Made by a program: the position numbers and the translations under genes
In this document: positions 8,538 to 19,720 of the stretch, one piece after another
Position numbering within the stretch: position 1 is the first letter of the stretch
How the letters are laid out: every line of letters begins with the position of its first letter
NCBI GenBank assembly: GCA_937128475.1
Contig: CAKZML010000273.1
Coordinates: 1 to 60,381, forward strand
DNA length: 60,381 nt
Source: an uncultured Chromatiales bacterium
GTDB taxonomy: Bacteria > Pseudomonadota > Gammaproteobacteria > Steroidobacterales > BM003
Direction of reading: 5' to 3'
The notes under the pieces: generated by a model
Told to the model about the DNA's origin: nothing
Databases searched by the model: none
Seen by the model: only the letters and a program-made list of their open reading frames with translations

Positions 8538-10730
8538 ATGATTTTCCAGGTTGCCATCAATGCCCCCCTGCACGGGCTGTTTGATTACCTGCCGCCGGCG
8601 GACTGGACGGGCGACCAGGACGTCCTGGGAAAGCGCGTGGAAGTGTTTTTTGGGCGGAGTAAAACCACCGGGCTGATTGCCGGAGTGGCCGATGAGTCCT
8701 CGTTCCCGGCCTCCCGCCTGCGCAAGGTCAACCAAATCCTGGATAAGGACCCGGTGCTGAATGAGGAGATGCTGTCACTCCTGCTGTGGGCCGCGGCGTA
8801 CTACCAGCATCCGGTGGGCGAGGTGATCGCCACCGCTCTGCCCCTGGCCCTGCGCCAGGGAAAGCCCCTGGGTGGCATTGAACTGGTTTGGAGCCTGACC
8901 CCCAGCGGGGCGGAACAGGATTCTGCCGCCCTTGCCAGGCGAGCCCCCCGACAATGGGAGCTCTGGCAAAAACTCCAGCAATCTCCCGCTGGAATATCCG
9001 AAATCGTCCTGGCCGACCTTGCCCAGAACTGGCGTGACACCCTCAAGCGCATGCTGGACAAGGGCTGGGTGAGCAGCCGGGAAGAACAAATCAGCACTGA
9101 ATACCCGCTGGAGATTCATCCCGGGCCCACCCTCACCGGGGACCAGAGCACTGCAGTGGCGGAAATTATCGATGCTTGCTCCGGATTCAGTCCTTTCCTG
9201 TTATTTGGCGTCACCGGCAGCGGCAAGACCGAGGTGTACTTCGAGGCCATGGAAAAGGTCTTGCGGGAGGGGCGGCAAGTCTTGCTGCTGGTTCCCGAGA
9301 TTGGACTGACCCCCCAGTTACTGGCCCGGGTCAGGGCACGTTTCGATGGCAAGCTGGCAATTCTGCACTCGGGACTGGCAGACGGAGAGCGACTGGCATC
9401 CTGGCGTGATGCGGCCAGCGGCGCCGCCCACATCGTCATCGGCACCCGCTCCGCCGCCCTGGTCCCACTAGCCAGGCCCGGCATGATTATCGTCGATGAG
9501 GAACATGACCCCTCCTTTAAGCAATGGGAAGGATTTCGCTATTCGGCCAGGGACATGGCAGTTGCCCGTGCGCGGCGACACAAGGTTCCAGTCATCCTCG
9601 GCTCGGCGACACCTTCCCTGGAGTCCCTGTACAACGTGCATCGCGGGCGATACCGGCAACTGGATCTGCCCGAGCGGCCCGGCGCGGTCACCCACCCCGA
9701 GATTCGACTTGTGGACCTGCGGGCCCACGCAAGCAATGAAGGGCTATCCACCCCGCTGGTGCTGGCTGCAGAGAAACACCTGGCCAAGGGCGGCCAGGTA
9801 CTGATTTTCCTGAACCGGCGCGGCTATGCACCCACTTTGTTCTGCACCGGCTGCGGATGGACCGCCCGCTGCAAGCGCTGTGACGCAGGAATGGTGGTAC
9901 ATCACCGGGAACGTCGACTGCACTGCCACCACTGCGACACCCGGCGACCAATCCCCGAGACCTGCGAGGAATGCCACGAGGAACTGGCACCGGTGGGACA
10001 GGGCACCGAGCGAGTGGAAGAAACCCTCTCGCAACTGCTGCCGGACTACCCCCAGGTACGCATAGACAGGGACTCGACCCAACGCAAAGGCTCCATGGAG
10101 GGCCTGCTTGATCAAATCAGGTCCGGCCATGCCCGCATCCTTACCGGCACCCAGATGCTGACCAAGGGCCATGATTTTCCTGACGTCAGCCTGGTCGGGG
10201 TGCTCAACGCAGACCAGGGCCTGTTTGGCACGGACTTTCGTGCCAGCGAAAGACTTGCCCAGACCATTATCCAGGTGGCCGGGCGCGCCGGCCGGGCGGA
10301 AAGACCCGGGCTGGTGCTTGTGCAGACTCAATACCCGGAGCACCCCCTGCTGACCAAGCTGGTGACCGAAGGCTATGCGGCCTTCGCCGAAGCCGCCCTC
10401 GCCGAGCGCGAGGAATCAGGCTGGCCACCCTACAGTCACCTTGCACTGATGCGTGCCGAATCGCCCAGTATGCAGCAGACCCTTGCCTTTCTTGACGATG
10501 CCCGCCGGCTCCTGATACTGCCCGAGGACAACTCGGTTGGCGCCCTGGGACCGGCAGCGGCACCGATGGAAAAACGCGCCGGCCGTTTCCGCGCTCAGCT
10601 GCTGGTAGAGTCCAGGGACCGGTCAGCCTTGCACAAGCTGCTCACTCCCTGGCTGGCCCAGGTTCGGGAATTACCCGAGGGCCGCAAGGTTCGCTGGTCT
10701 ATAGATGTGGATCCCATCGAGCTTTTCTGA
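8538..10730 (+). CDS. priA: Primosomal protein N' (replication restart helicase)
   Basis: Motifs GVTGSGKTEVY, LVPEIGLTPQ, DEEHD, LGSATPSLES, LNRRGY, four CxxC pairs, QVAGRAGRA and WSIDVDP. Confidence 0.98.
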   Translation: MIFQVAINAPLHGLFDYLPPADWTGDQDVLGKRVEVFFGRSKTTGLIAGVADESSFPASRLRKVNQILDKDPVLNEEMLSLLLWAAAYYQHPVGEVIATALPLALRQGKPLGGIELVWSLTPSGAEQDSAALARRAPRQWELWQKLQQSPAGISEIVLADLAQNWRDTLKRMLDKGWVSSREEQISTEYPLEIHPGPTLTGDQSTAVAEIIDACSGFSPFLLFGVTGSGKTEVYFEAMEKVLREGRQVLLLVPEIGLTPQLLARVRARFDGKLAILHSGLADGERLASWRDAASGAAHIVIGTRSAALVPLARPGMIIVDEEHDPSFKQWEGFRYSARDMAVARARRHKVPVILGSATPSLESLYNVHRGRYRQLDLPERPGAVTHPEIRLVDLRAHASNEGLSTPLVLAAEKHLAKGGQVLIFLNRRGYAPTLFCTGCGWTARCKRCDAGMVVHHRERRLHCHHCDTRRPIPETCEECHEELAPVGQGTERVEETLSQLLPDYPQVRIDRDSTQRKGSMEGLLDQIRSGHARILTGTQMLTKGHDFPDVSLVGVLNADQGLFGTDFRASERLAQTIIQVAGRAGRAERPGLVLVQTQYPEHPLLTKLVTEGYAAFAEAALAEREESGWPPYSHLALMRAESPSMQQTLAFLDDARRLLILPEDNSVGALGPAAAPMEKRAGRFRAQLLVESRDRSALHKLLTPWLAQVRELPEGRKVRWSIDVDPIELF

Positions 10731-10819
10731 ATTCTGAAAACCCTGCAAAACAGACGGCACAGCCAGCCTTTCTGTTAAACTATGTGGCTGTTTTATTTCT
10801 CCCTTCCGGTTACAAAAAA

Positions 10820-12568
10820 ATGAAGTCATCCATTCATGCATTGCTGACAAAAGCGCTGGAGAATCTTGTCTCCAAGGGCGTACTGGAATCGGTTCCCGCC
10901 GAGGAAACTATCCAGGTAGAACGTACCCGCGACCCCAGTCATGGCGACTTCGCCAGCAACTGCGCGATGATGCTGTGCAAGAGCGCCGGCATGAAGCCCC
11001 GGGACCTGGCCCAGCAGATCATCGACTCCCTGCCTGGCTCCCACCTGATCCAGGAAGTCAGCATTGCCGGACCCGGCTTTATTAACTTCCGTTTTTCCTC
11101 CAGCGCCTGGCATACCGAAATCCGCCGCGTGCTGGAAGAAGGCGTCAGCTACGGCACCAGTCATTTGGGCAAGGGCGAGCAAGTGCTGGTGGAATTTGTA
11201 TCCGCCAACCCCACCGGGCCCTTGCACGTAGGTCATGGCAGGCACGCCGCTTACGGCGCCTCCCTGGCGAACCTGCTGGAAGCAGTCGGATATAACGTCC
11301 GTCGCGAGTACTACGTCAACGATGCCGGCCGCCAAATGCAGATCCTGGCCCTGAGCCTGTGGCTGCGTTACCTGGAACTTCACGATGTGGCGGCGGCGCT
11401 GCCCGAAAACGCCTACCAGGGTGAATACATCATCGATATCGCCCGTGACCTGCAGGCAGAGCACGGCGACTCACTGGTCAGGGATCCCTCGGTACTGCCT
11501 TCGGTGACCGATGCCGAGGACAAGGAAACCGCGCTAAGTGACTTGATCGCCGCCTGTCGGGAACTTCTGGGCGAGGACACATTCCGGATCGTCCAGGACA
11601 AGGCGCTGGATGCCATCCTGTCGGACATCAAGGATGACCTGTCAGAATTCGGCGTGGTCTTCGATCGCTGGTATTCCGAGCGCAGCCTGTCCGAGACCGG
11701 CGCCATCGATCGGGCCCTGGAAAAACTCCAGGCCAACAACCACACCTACATCAAAGGTGGCGCCACCTGGTTCCGCGCCAGCGACCTGGGCGACGAAAAA
11801 GACCGGGTGGTGGTCCGTGATAACGGCCAGACAACCTACTTCGCCTCAGACATCGCCTATCACCTGGAAAAACGCGAACGGGGCTTCGAGATCCTGCTTG
11901 ATGTGCTGGGCGCCGATCACCACGGCTACATTGCCCGGGTGCGGGCCGGCCTGGAAGCCATGGGCGAGCCCCCCGGGTCGCTGGAAGTCAAACTGGTACA
12001 GTTTGTCAGCCTGTTCAGGGCCGGCAAGAAAGAACAGATGTCTACTCGCTCCGGCCAGTTCGTAACCCTCCGGCAACTGCGCGAGGAAGTCGGGAACGAT
12101 GCGGCACGTCTGATTTACGTAATGCGCTCCAACGACCAGCACCTGGATTTTGACCTGGAACTGGCCAAGTCCCAGTCATCGGACAATCCGGTGTACTACA
12201 TCCAGTACGCCCACGCCCGGGTGGCCAGTGTCACCAGGCAGTTACATGAAAAGGGCTATCGCTGGGATCCGGAGTCGGGCCTGGCCTCACTGCATGCCCT
12301 GGAAAATCCCCACGAAATGGCGCTGATGAAAACCGTCACGCGCTATCCCGAGATCGTTGAAACAGCTGCCTTGAATCGCGCCCCGCACATGCTGGTGCAT
12401 TACCTGCGCGACCTGGCGAATGACTTCCACACCTATTACAACGCCCACCAGTTCATCGTCGAAGACCAGGCGCTTCGCGATGCCCGTATCGGCTTGATTC
12501 ACACCGCCAGGCAGGTCATCGCCAACGGACTGGGTCTGCTGGGCGTATCTGCACCGGACTCCATGTGA
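10820..12568 (+). CDS. argS: Arginine--tRNA ligase
   Basis: Motifs HGDFASN, AGPGFIN, EFVSANPTGPLHVGHGR, EYYVNDAGRQ, GADHHGY, MSTRSG and YYIQYAHAR. ATG 10820 preferred over the track's GTG 10784. Confidence 0.97.
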   Translation: MKSSIHALLTKALENLVSKGVLESVPAEETIQVERTRDPSHGDFASNCAMMLCKSAGMKPRDLAQQIIDSLPGSHLIQEVSIAGPGFINFRFSSSAWHTEIRRVLEEGVSYGTSHLGKGEQVLVEFVSANPTGPLHVGHGRHAAYGASLANLLEAVGYNVRREYYVNDAGRQMQILALSLWLRYLELHDVAAALPENAYQGEYIIDIARDLQAEHGDSLVRDPSVLPSVTDAEDKETALSDLIAACRELLGEDTFRIVQDKALDAILSDIKDDLSEFGVVFDRWYSERSLSETGAIDRALEKLQANNHTYIKGGATWFRASDLGDEKDRVVVRDNGQTTYFASDIAYHLEKRERGFEILLDVLGADHHGYIARVRAGLEAMGEPPGSLEVKLVQFVSLFRAGKKEQMSTRSGQFVTLRQLREEVGNDAARLIYVMRSNDQHLDFDLELAKSQSSDNPVYYIQYAHARVASVTRQLHEKGYRWDPESGLASLHALENPHEMALMKTVTRYPEIVETAALNRAPHMLVHYLRDLANDFHTYYNAHQFIVEDQALRDARIGLIHTARQVIANGLGLLGVSAPDSM

Positions 12569-12571
12569 ACC

Positions 12572-13114
12572 ATGCCACGGGACTATAAAAAAACTCGCCG
12601 CAAGAGCAAACAAGTCCCCGGGTGGGTCTGGATGTTATACGGCCTGGGCGTCGGCCTTGCCGTCGCCCTGTGGGTTTACCTGCACGATCGCCAGCCGGAA
12701 CACCTGGCCGGACCGACCGCCAAACCCCAGGCCTCTGTCAGCGCCAGCACCGCTGACGAAGAAGAAGAGGTGCCCAGCAGGCGCTTCGATTTTTACGAAA
12801 TGCTGCCCAGGTTCGAGGTGGTGATACCGGAAATGGAATCCGGCGCGCCCACCCCCAAGGATTCCCCGGTTGAAAAACCCGGCTCCTATGTCCTGCAAGC
12901 CGGATCGTTCAAGAATTTCGCCGATGCAGATCGGATGAAAGCACAGCTGGCCCTGCTGGGAGCAGAAGCCAACATTCAGCGCGTTACCATCGACGACAAG
13001 ACCTGGCACAGGGTGCGGGTGGGACCACTGACCCGCCTGGATGAGGTCAACAGCCTTCGAGAGCGGATGAGAAATGCAAAAATTGATGTCTTTGTGGTTC
13101 GACTCAGCGATTAA
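12572..13114 (+). CDS. SPOR-domain cell division protein (FtsN-like)
   Basis: N-terminal TM helix, FDFYEMLP motif, SPOR domain (YVLQAGSF...WHRVRVGP); typical position after argS. Confidence 0.88.
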   Translation: MPRDYKKTRRKSKQVPGWVWMLYGLGVGLAVALWVYLHDRQPEHLAGPTAKPQASVSASTADEEEEVPSRRFDFYEMLPRFEVVIPEMESGAPTPKDSPVEKPGSYVLQAGSFKNFADADRMKAQLALLGAEANIQRVTIDDKTWHRVRVGPLTRLDEVNSLRERMRNAKIDVFVVRLSD

Positions 13115-14351
13115 GCCCCACCGGCTAATCCTGACCCTGGCGCTGTGCTCCTGGATCGCAGGCTGTGCCACACCAATAGAAGAAAAACCCGCCCCCGTTG
13201 CCGAGGCTATAGTTCCCGCCCCGGTGGCAGAAGTCATACCTGAACCGGCACCCCCGCCTCCTCCGCCCAAACCGCCAATCACCATCGCCGCTGTGGGCGA
13301 CATGATGATTGGAACCGATTTTCCGACTAACCGGCTGGCCGATGACGACGGAAAAGGTCAGCTTTCCGAGGCCGGCATCTACCTGTCCCGGGCCCAGGTC
13401 GCCTTTGGCAATCTCGAGGGCGTGTTGATGGACGGCGGCGAACCGGCCAAGGTCTGCAAGGACCCGTCCCTGTGTTACCTGTTTCGCAGCCCCGCCCGGT
13501 ATGCAGAACACTTTCGTGATGCCGGCTTCGATGTGCTGAGCCTGGCCAACAACCACGCCCGGGACTTCGGTGAAGAAGGTCGGGACGCCAGCATGCTTGC
13601 CCTTGATGAGGTTGGCATTGCACACAGCGGCCGGGTGGGCGACGTGGCGTCCTGGCAGCAAGGCGACTACCGACTGGCCATGGCGGCATTCGCGCCCAAT
13701 ATCGACTCACACTCCATACATGACGAGGATGCCGCTGCCTGCCTGGTAAGCAAGCTGGCACAGGATCATGACCTGGTGCTGGTGTCTTTTCACGGTGGCG
13801 CAGAAGGTGAAGCCGCCATGCATGTGAGCGACGTTGAAGAATTTTATTACGGAGAATCCCGTGGCAACGTGGTCAGCTTTTCTCACCGGATGATTGATGC
13901 CGGCGCGGACATGGTGATCGGGCACGGACCTCATGTACCCAGGGCAATAGAGTTATACCGGGAACGCCTGATCGCCTACAGCCTGGGGAACTTCGCCACC
14001 TATTACGGGATTAGTGTTAGCGGCGACAAGGGTGTGGCGCCAATGCTGATGGCAACTGTCGATGAAGATGGTCGCTTGCTTGAGGGCAAGATCATTTCCT
14101 TCCGTCAGCGGCGTCCCGACGGTCCGCGACTGGATAGTCAGGAAACTGCTGCAACCCTGATCCGCAGTCTTACCCGAACGGACTTCAATGGCGGCGGCCT
14201 GGAGTTTACCGATGGAGGCAGCTTCAAGCCCTCGATCAGTCGTCAGCCCCAGCCTGGCGAAAATCCACGCCTAGCGCCCGCAGCTTGCGATACAGGTGAG
14301 TCCGCTCCATCCCAACCCGCTTCGCCAGCTGACCCACTTTCCCACCACTGA
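13074..14351 (+). CDS. CapA/PgsA-family metallophosphoesterase, predicted lipoprotein (start uncertain)
   Basis: Motifs AVGDMMIG, FGNLEG, LSLANNHARDFG, VSFHGGAE, VIGHGPHV and YSLGNF. Lipobox-like WIAGC followed by a Pro-rich linker. Confidence 0.88.
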   Translation: MQKLMSLWFDSAIKPHRLILTLALCSWIAGCATPIEEKPAPVAEAIVPAPVAEVIPEPAPPPPPPKPPITIAAVGDMMIGTDFPTNRLADDDGKGQLSEAGIYLSRAQVAFGNLEGVLMDGGEPAKVCKDPSLCYLFRSPARYAEHFRDAGFDVLSLANNHARDFGEEGRDASMLALDEVGIAHSGRVGDVASWQQGDYRLAMAAFAPNIDSHSIHDEDAAACLVSKLAQDHDLVLVSFHGGAEGEAAMHVSDVEEFYYGESRGNVVSFSHRMIDAGADMVIGHGPHVPRAIELYRERLIAYSLGNFATYYGISVSGDKGVAPMLMATVDEDGRLLEGKIISFRQRRPDGPRLDSQETAATLIRSLTRTDFNGGGLEFTDGGSFKPSISRQPQPGENPRLAPAACDTGESAPSQPASPADPLSHH

Positions 14352-15597
14352 GAATAAGCTGCTGTTGCAAGTAGGCGCGCTCAAAGTGCTCCCTGGCTTC
14401 GCGCAGGGGCAGGGCCAGCAAGTCCTGCTTTACCAACGGTTCGTTGGCGGCAGCCGCCACCTGCAATTCGCTTTCGATTTCCTCCAGGGAAACCGATTCG
14501 TCCTCACCCGAAATCAGCAGGCGATGGACCAGGTTTCTAAGCTCCCTGACATTTCCAGGCCAGGGATAATTGCGTAACCGGTTCTGTGCAGCAACCGAAA
14601 ACTGCCGGTATGGAAGACCTTCCTGGTCAACCATTTTTTCAACGTAATACTTCAACAGTTCCGGCACGTCCTCGGAGTAGTCACGCAGCGGAGGAATCTT
14701 CAGGCTAAGCACACTGATATGCGACAGCAAATCCCTTCGTACCGGCGAGTCAGCGGACTCCACCGACTGATTGGCCGAGGCCAGCAATCTGACATTCAGT
14801 GGTACAGCTTCAGTCGAGTGCTGGGGGATGAAATTGTGTTGCTCCAACACGCCAAGCAATACGGTCTGACCACGCGGACACAGGTCCTCGAGTTCATTGA
14901 TGTACAACGTGCCACCCTGGGCGCGTGCCAGGTAACCGGCATCAGAACCTTGTTCATGCACCGCGCCCAGCAACAGGCCGTCCGCATTGTCTTCCGTCAA
15001 AGTACCCGCGGCAAGCGAGACAAAAGGCCCTTTCGCCCGATCGCTAACGCTGTGTAAATAGCGGGCGAATGCTTCACGGCCCGCACCGGACTCGCCGAGT
15101 AACATCACCGGCGTGTCGTGGGGCGCAACTTTGGTTATTTGCAGCCTCAAGGCGCGCATGATTTCACTTTTACCGATGGGCGTCAGGACCGAAGATGCGA
15201 GTTGCATGGCAGTCGATTCACGACTGGGCCTGCCTTCATCCAGACCACGCTGCACGGAGCGCAGCAGTTTCGACAATGAAAGCGGCTTCTCAATGAAATC
15301 ATATGCCCCGAGTCGCGTGGCCTCCATGGCCGCATCCACTGTGCCATGACCAGACATCATTACCACCGCGCTTTTCAGGCCGCGGCTCACCCATTCCTTG
15401 AGCAGGGATATACCGTCGGTACCCGGCATCCAGATATCAAGCAGGATCAGGTCAGGAGCATGCTCGGCATATTGCCGGCGGGCCTCTTCGGCATCAGCCG
15501 CCACCCTGACCTCGTACCCCTCGTCGGAAAGAATTTCCTGCAAAAGACTGCGGATATCGGCCTCGTCATCGACGACCATGATTTGCGGAGTACTCAA
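14236..15597 (-). CDS. ntrX: NtrX-type response regulator (receiver, degenerate AAA+, Fis HTH)
   Basis: Motifs [32 protein letters not shown] and [11 protein letters not shown]; follows an NtrY-like kinase. Confidence 0.85.
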   Translation of the reverse strand: MSTPQIMVVDDEADIRSLLQEILSDEGYEVRVAADAEEARRQYAEHAPDLILLDIWMPGTDGISLLKEWVSRGLKSAVVMMSGHGTVDAAMEATRLGAYDFIEKPLSLSKLLRSVQRGLDEGRPSRESTAMQLASSVLTPIGKSEIMRALRLQITKVAPHDTPVMLLGESGAGREAFARYLHSVSDRAKGPFVSLAAGTLTEDNADGLLLGAVHEQGSDAGYLARAQGGTLYINELEDLCPRGQTVLLGVLEQHNFIPQHSTEAVPLNVRLLASANQSVESADSPVRRDLLSHISVLSLKIPPLRDYSEDVPELLKYYVEKMVDQEGLPYRQFSVAAQNRLRNYPWPGNVRELRNLVHRLLISGEDESVSLEEIESELQVAAAANEPLVKQDLLALPLREAREHFERAYLQQQLILSGGKVGQLAKRVGMERTHLYRKLRALGVDFRQAGADD

Positions 15598-15616
15598 TTG
15601 GGCTCTCCCAGAAATT

Positions 15617-17821
15617 TTATCGGCGAACCAGTCTTGGCATCATCGCATTGCGGGATGCCTCGTTCAAAGGTAGCAAGATGGTAATACAGGCACCGCCACC
15701 TTCACGGTTCCGGGCATCAATGCTACCACCATGTTCCTCAATCAATTTCTTAACGATGGCCAACCCCAGTCCGGTGCCCTTGGGCTTGGATGTCACGTAG
15801 GGATCAAAGACCTGGTCGACACTGTTCATGTCGAAGCCGGGACCATTATCTTCAATTTTTAATTCAACCGCCCCATGACTCTCATCCTTGCGCAGGCTGG
15901 TGGTGATGTAGATCTCGCCATCCTCGCTACCCGCAAGAGCCTCGACAGAATTTCTGATCAGGTTATGCAGGACCTGGCGCAATCGGCCACTGTCTGCCTC
16001 AACCGATGGGATTTCCCGGTCCAGGTTCAAATTCAACTTGATACTAAAATCCCGGGCGCGGTAAAGATCACCCACTTCCAACACAATCTCGTTGATATCC
16101 AGCCTGGAAATTTCCAGGTCCGGGGCCCGGGCGTAGTCCCGAAATGCATCCACCATATCCTTCATGGCTTCAACCTGCTGCACAATAATGTGAGTAGAGC
16201 GATCCAGAACCTCACCCTCCTCCTCGCTCATGGTGCCCAGGTATTTCCTGCGCAAACGCTCGGCGGACAGCTGGATGGGCGTCAGCGGATTCTTGATCTC
16301 GTGTGCCAGTCGACGGGCCACTTCGCCCCACGCAGCGTCTCGCTGGCCCTGCAGCAATGCGGTGATTTCATCAAACACGACCACCACGCTACCCAGGTCA
16401 CCAGGCAACGCGCTACAGGCAAAAATAAGCACCCTGTTTCCTGTTTCGCCACGCAGCACAATTTGTTCGCGCCACTCGGTTTTTCCCTTGCGCAATTGCG
16501 GCTCCACCGCATCAACGAACTGCTGCACCAGGGGATAGTCCTGAGCAATACTCGGTAAGGGCTGGCCCATCCACTTCTCAAGTTGCACATCCAGGATAGC
16601 GGAGGCTGCCTGGTTGGCAGTGCGAACAACCATTCCGGGATCCATGGAAATTACCCCGGTTGATAGCCGTGCCAGGATGATGGCCAGCCTGGAGCGTTCT
16701 GCCTCCACCTGCTGTTGGTGATGGATGGATTCTTCACGAGTGCGGGCAAGCCTTCGAGTCATGTCGTTAAACGAATCCACCAGGAACCCAAGTTCGTCGC
16801 GAGGCTGCTGGGGCAGACGCATATCGAAGTCGCCCTTGGCCACCGCCCGGGTACCTGCAACCAGGTCCGGAATCGGTTTCAGCAACACCCGGGCTACGAT
16901 GAATGCGCCGTTTACTGCCAGCAACAAGGCCAGGAACAACACCAGCGTCAGGGTCAGGGTGAAACTGGTTTTCAGTGGCTCACGCAAATACTTCAGTTCA
17001 CCATACTTGTCATAGGCCAGCAGCACACCATCAGCCAGTCGACTCAATCTCTCCGGGACAAGATATTCGACGATCAGAACCCTGGGCTCGGAACCTGGAA
17101 CCCGGTTAAGCAAGGGCGTGGCGGTAATAATGACGTAGCCACCTTCGGCCAGCGCCTCCAGTTGAACATAGTCACGACCCTGGCGGGTCTGAAACATGAT
17201 TTCTCCCACCCTGCGGGCAGGCTCAAAACCCGGACGATCCGAGCTGGTTGCAATGATGCGATTGTTGGCGCCGGCAATGGTGGTTTCCAGCGCGTTATTT
17301 TCCCGTCGCAGGAGACTCATCTCCTGGACCAGTTCGGAATCCGCCAATCGACCCAGGATCCCTGACATGTTGGAGGTGCGCTCCACATATTCGCGCTTGC
17401 GCAATTCCAGCGCCGTGCGACTCAGCTCCAGGGCCTGGCTAAGGCCCCGGTCCACTTCAACATTAAACCAGCTGTCGATGCCTTTATTCAGGAACTGCAC
17501 TGCGAAGTAAAAGACCACCAGCAAGGGCACGATCGCCAGGGCTGAAAACATGGTGACCATGCGGGCCCTTAATCGGGAACCCGGAACCAGTTGCCGGTAA
17601 TCGCTGACCAGGCGAAACAGGTTGCCACCAATGAGCACCAGCAGGAGCAGTACGCCCACCGCGTTGATTAGCAGCATGGCCTCGTGAGTGCGAGAAAATT
17701 GGGCCCAGTTCTGGCTAGTCTCTGCCAACAGGTACAAGGAAGTACCCCAGAGCAGCGCGCCGGCAATCAGCAGCGAGCGAAACGCAAGGCGCCTCAGGGT
17801 TTGAGCGGCCATCGGTACCAT
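15617..17821 (-). CDS. ntrY: NtrY-type sensor histidine kinase (HAMP, PAS)
   Basis: Motifs [47 protein letters not shown] and GTGLGLAIV. Confidence 0.88.
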   Translation of the reverse strand: MVPMAAQTLRRLAFRSLLIAGALLWGTSLYLLAETSQNWAQFSRTHEAMLLINAVGVLLLLVLIGGNLFRLVSDYRQLVPGSRLRARMVTMFSALAIVPLLVVFYFAVQFLNKGIDSWFNVEVDRGLSQALELSRTALELRKREYVERTSNMSGILGRLADSELVQEMSLLRRENNALETTIAGANNRIIATSSDRPGFEPARRVGEIMFQTRQGRDYVQLEALAEGGYVIITATPLLNRVPGSEPRVLIVEYLVPERLSRLADGVLLAYDKYGELKYLREPLKTSFTLTLTLVLFLALLLAVNGAFIVARVLLKPIPDLVAGTRAVAKGDFDMRLPQQPRDELGFLVDSFNDMTRRLARTREESIHHQQQVEAERSRLAIILARLSTGVISMDPGMVVRTANQAASAILDVQLEKWMGQPLPSIAQDYPLVQQFVDAVEPQLRKGKTEWREQIVLRGETGNRVLIFACSALPGDLGSVVVVFDEITALLQGQRDAAWGEVARRLAHEIKNPLTPIQLSAERLRRKYLGTMSEEEGEVLDRSTHIIVQQVEAMKDMVDAFRDYARAPDLEISRLDINEIVLEVGDLYRARDFSIKLNLNLDREIPSVEADSGRLRQVLHNLIRNSVEALAGSEDGEIYITTSLRKDESHGAVELKIEDNGPGFDMNSVDQVFDPYVTSKPKGTGLGLAIVKKLIEEHGGSIDARNREGGGACITILLPLNEASRNAMMPRLVRR

Positions 17822-18384
17822 TCACTGGCGGTGCGCAGATCTCCCCACCAGAAAGTCATCCAGCGAATTGCACCGGGCAGGTCTCGAAGCTCCAGCACTG
17901 AACGCAGCGATACCTCGTAGGGCTCATCAGCATCCAGCAACGATTCATCGATCAGCGGGAGCTGGTTAATGTGCCCGATTGCATCCAGGGCATCAGCCAG
18001 GGTGTAATAACTGAACTGCTCACCACTGTTAAAATTAGTGACCATGTAACGCTGGGTGAGAGCATGAAATTGCAGCTGCGACATCTGGTGCAGGCTGGCC
18101 ACCTCGGCATCCAGCCACCAGCGTCGCTTCTGACTGAGGCGGATTTCCAACTCCAGTTGCAGCGGTACCCCGCTGTGCAGCGCCTCCCGGGCCGGGTCAC
18201 TCAAGCTATAACTCACCCTGCCATTGAGGTAATACACACCTTCACGAAACTCGGTGTAAACCGATCGAATCTCGAAGAGTCCCTCACTGGAATCTGCCGT
18301 GGCCAGGGCACAGGACAACAGCAGACACAGCGCAATGCACCGCCCTACAATTTTCCCGAAGCCCCTGACACCCTGCATATTCAT
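17794..18384 (-). CDS. DUF4390-family exported protein
   Basis: Signal peptide; REALHSGVPL, R.WWLD and LQFHALTQRY; usual position between rsmB and ntrY. Confidence 0.82.
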   Translation of the reverse strand: MNMQGVRGFGKIVGRCIALCLLLSCALATADSSEGLFEIRSVYTEFREGVYYLNGRVSYSLSDPAREALHSGVPLQLELEIRLSQKRRWWLDAEVASLHQMSQLQFHALTQRYMVTNFNSGEQFSYYTLADALDAIGHINQLPLIDESLLDADEPYEVSLRSVLELRDLPGAIRWMTFWWGDLRTASEWYRWPLKP

Positions 18385-18400
18385 TGGGATCCTTTCCCGA

Positions 18401-19720
18401 TCAGCGCTTTATTAACGCCACATAATAGAAGCCGTCCATCGCCGAGTCACCCGGCAATATCTGGTAACCATATTCCATGCGTGTCGCCACGTCCTCCAGC
18501 AGTGCCAGGGACGCTTCCTCTGCGTTAGCGGTTTCAGCAAGGAACGGCCCTACAACCGCCTCGTTCTCCTGCCTCAATACCGAACACGTACAATACAAAA
18601 GTCTGCCGCCGGTGGCCAAAAGCGGCCAAAGAGCGCGGATCATTTGCGCCTGGAGTCGGGCCAGTTGTTCAATATCCTCGCTTCTGCGCAGCCACTTGAT
18701 ATCCGGGTGCCGACGAATCACACCCGTGGCGCTACACGGAGCATCCAGCAAGATCCGGTCAAAGGGCTTGCCATCCCACCAGGCAGCCGGGTCACTGGCA
18801 TCGCCTTCGCGCACCCCGGCCTGGTAGCCGGTTCGTTGCAGGTTGGCCTGCAGCCGCTCCAGGCGCCTCCCCGAGTTATCCAGTGCCACCAGGTCCAGAT
18901 TGCCATCCACCAGTTCCAGCAAGTGCGCGGTCTTGTTTCCCGGCGCTGCACAAGCGTCCAGCACCCGCTGTCCGGGCTGCACGTCCAGGCAATGTCCGGC
19001 CAGTTGGGCCGCCCCGTCCTGCACGGATACCCGCCCGCTACCAAACCCGGGCAGGTGCTCCACATCCATGGCTTTTTCGAGTAGCAAGGCTGAGGGAACG
19101 CTCTGCACAATCTCCGCCTGCCGGTTGCGCGCGCTGTGCACCGCCGCCACATACTCCTCCCGAGTACTCCGCTGCAGATTCACCCGCAGCCAAAAAGGCG
19201 CCTGGCTGTTATTCGCAATCAGTATCTTTTCCCAATCGGCAGGCCAGTCCGCCTGCAAGCGTTCCAGCAACCATCCGGGATGGGCATGACGCGCCGCGGG
19301 TTGCTTATCCAGTTTTTCAAGAACCGCCGCGCCCTCGCGCTGGCTGCGACGCAGGATGGCGTTAACCATTCCCGCGGCGCGGGGCTGCCGAAGTTTCCTG
19401 GCGGCGCTGACGGTTTCCGAAATCACCGCATGTTCCGCGGTGGACAAGTAATGCTGCTCGTACAGGCCGCAAATCATCAGGGCATGCAACACCCGTTGCT
19501 TGCGTGGCACGGGACGCTCCAGGAACACTGAGAGCAACCCATCCATTCGGCTATACCAGCGCAGTGCCCCGTAGACCAGCGCACCGAGCATTCGCCGATC
19601 GCTGTCACTGTCCAGGCCGGCCTGGGATTCAGGAAGAAGTTCCGACAGGGATTTCCCCTGGTGAACCACACCGGAAATCAGCTTGGCGGCTTCGGCCCTG
19701 ATGATGGAAGAGCTACTCAT
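18401..19720 (-). CDS. rsmB: 16S rRNA m5C967 methyltransferase
   Basis: NusB-like N-terminus; SVQD, VLDACAAPG.KT, ILLDAPCSATGVIRRHPDI, LYCTCS and DGFYY. Start at 19720 overlaps the fmt stop. Confidence 0.96.
   Translation of the reverse strand: MSSSSIIRAEAAKLISGVVHQGKSLSELLPESQAGLDSDSDRRMLGALVYGALRWYSRMDGLLSVFLERPVPRKQRVLHALMICGLYEQHYLSTAEHAVISETVSAARKLRQPRAAGMVNAILRRSQREGAAVLEKLDKQPAARHAHPGWLLERLQADWPADWEKILIANNSQAPFWLRVNLQRSTREEYVAAVHSARNRQAEIVQSVPSALLLEKAMDVEHLPGFGSGRVSVQDGAAQLAGHCLDVQPGQRVLDACAAPGNKTAHLLELVDGNLDLVALDNSGRRLERLQANLQRTGYQAGVREGDASDPAAWWDGKPFDRILLDAPCSATGVIRRHPDIKWLRRSEDIEQLARLQAQMIRALWPLLATGGRLLYCTCSVLRQENEAVVGPFLAETANAEEASLALLEDVATRMEYGYQILPGDSAMDGFYYVALIKR

Noticed and set aside
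13074-14351. Poly-gamma-glutamate capsule locus
   Set aside because: Only a CapA-family domain is present; capB and capC are absent from the window.
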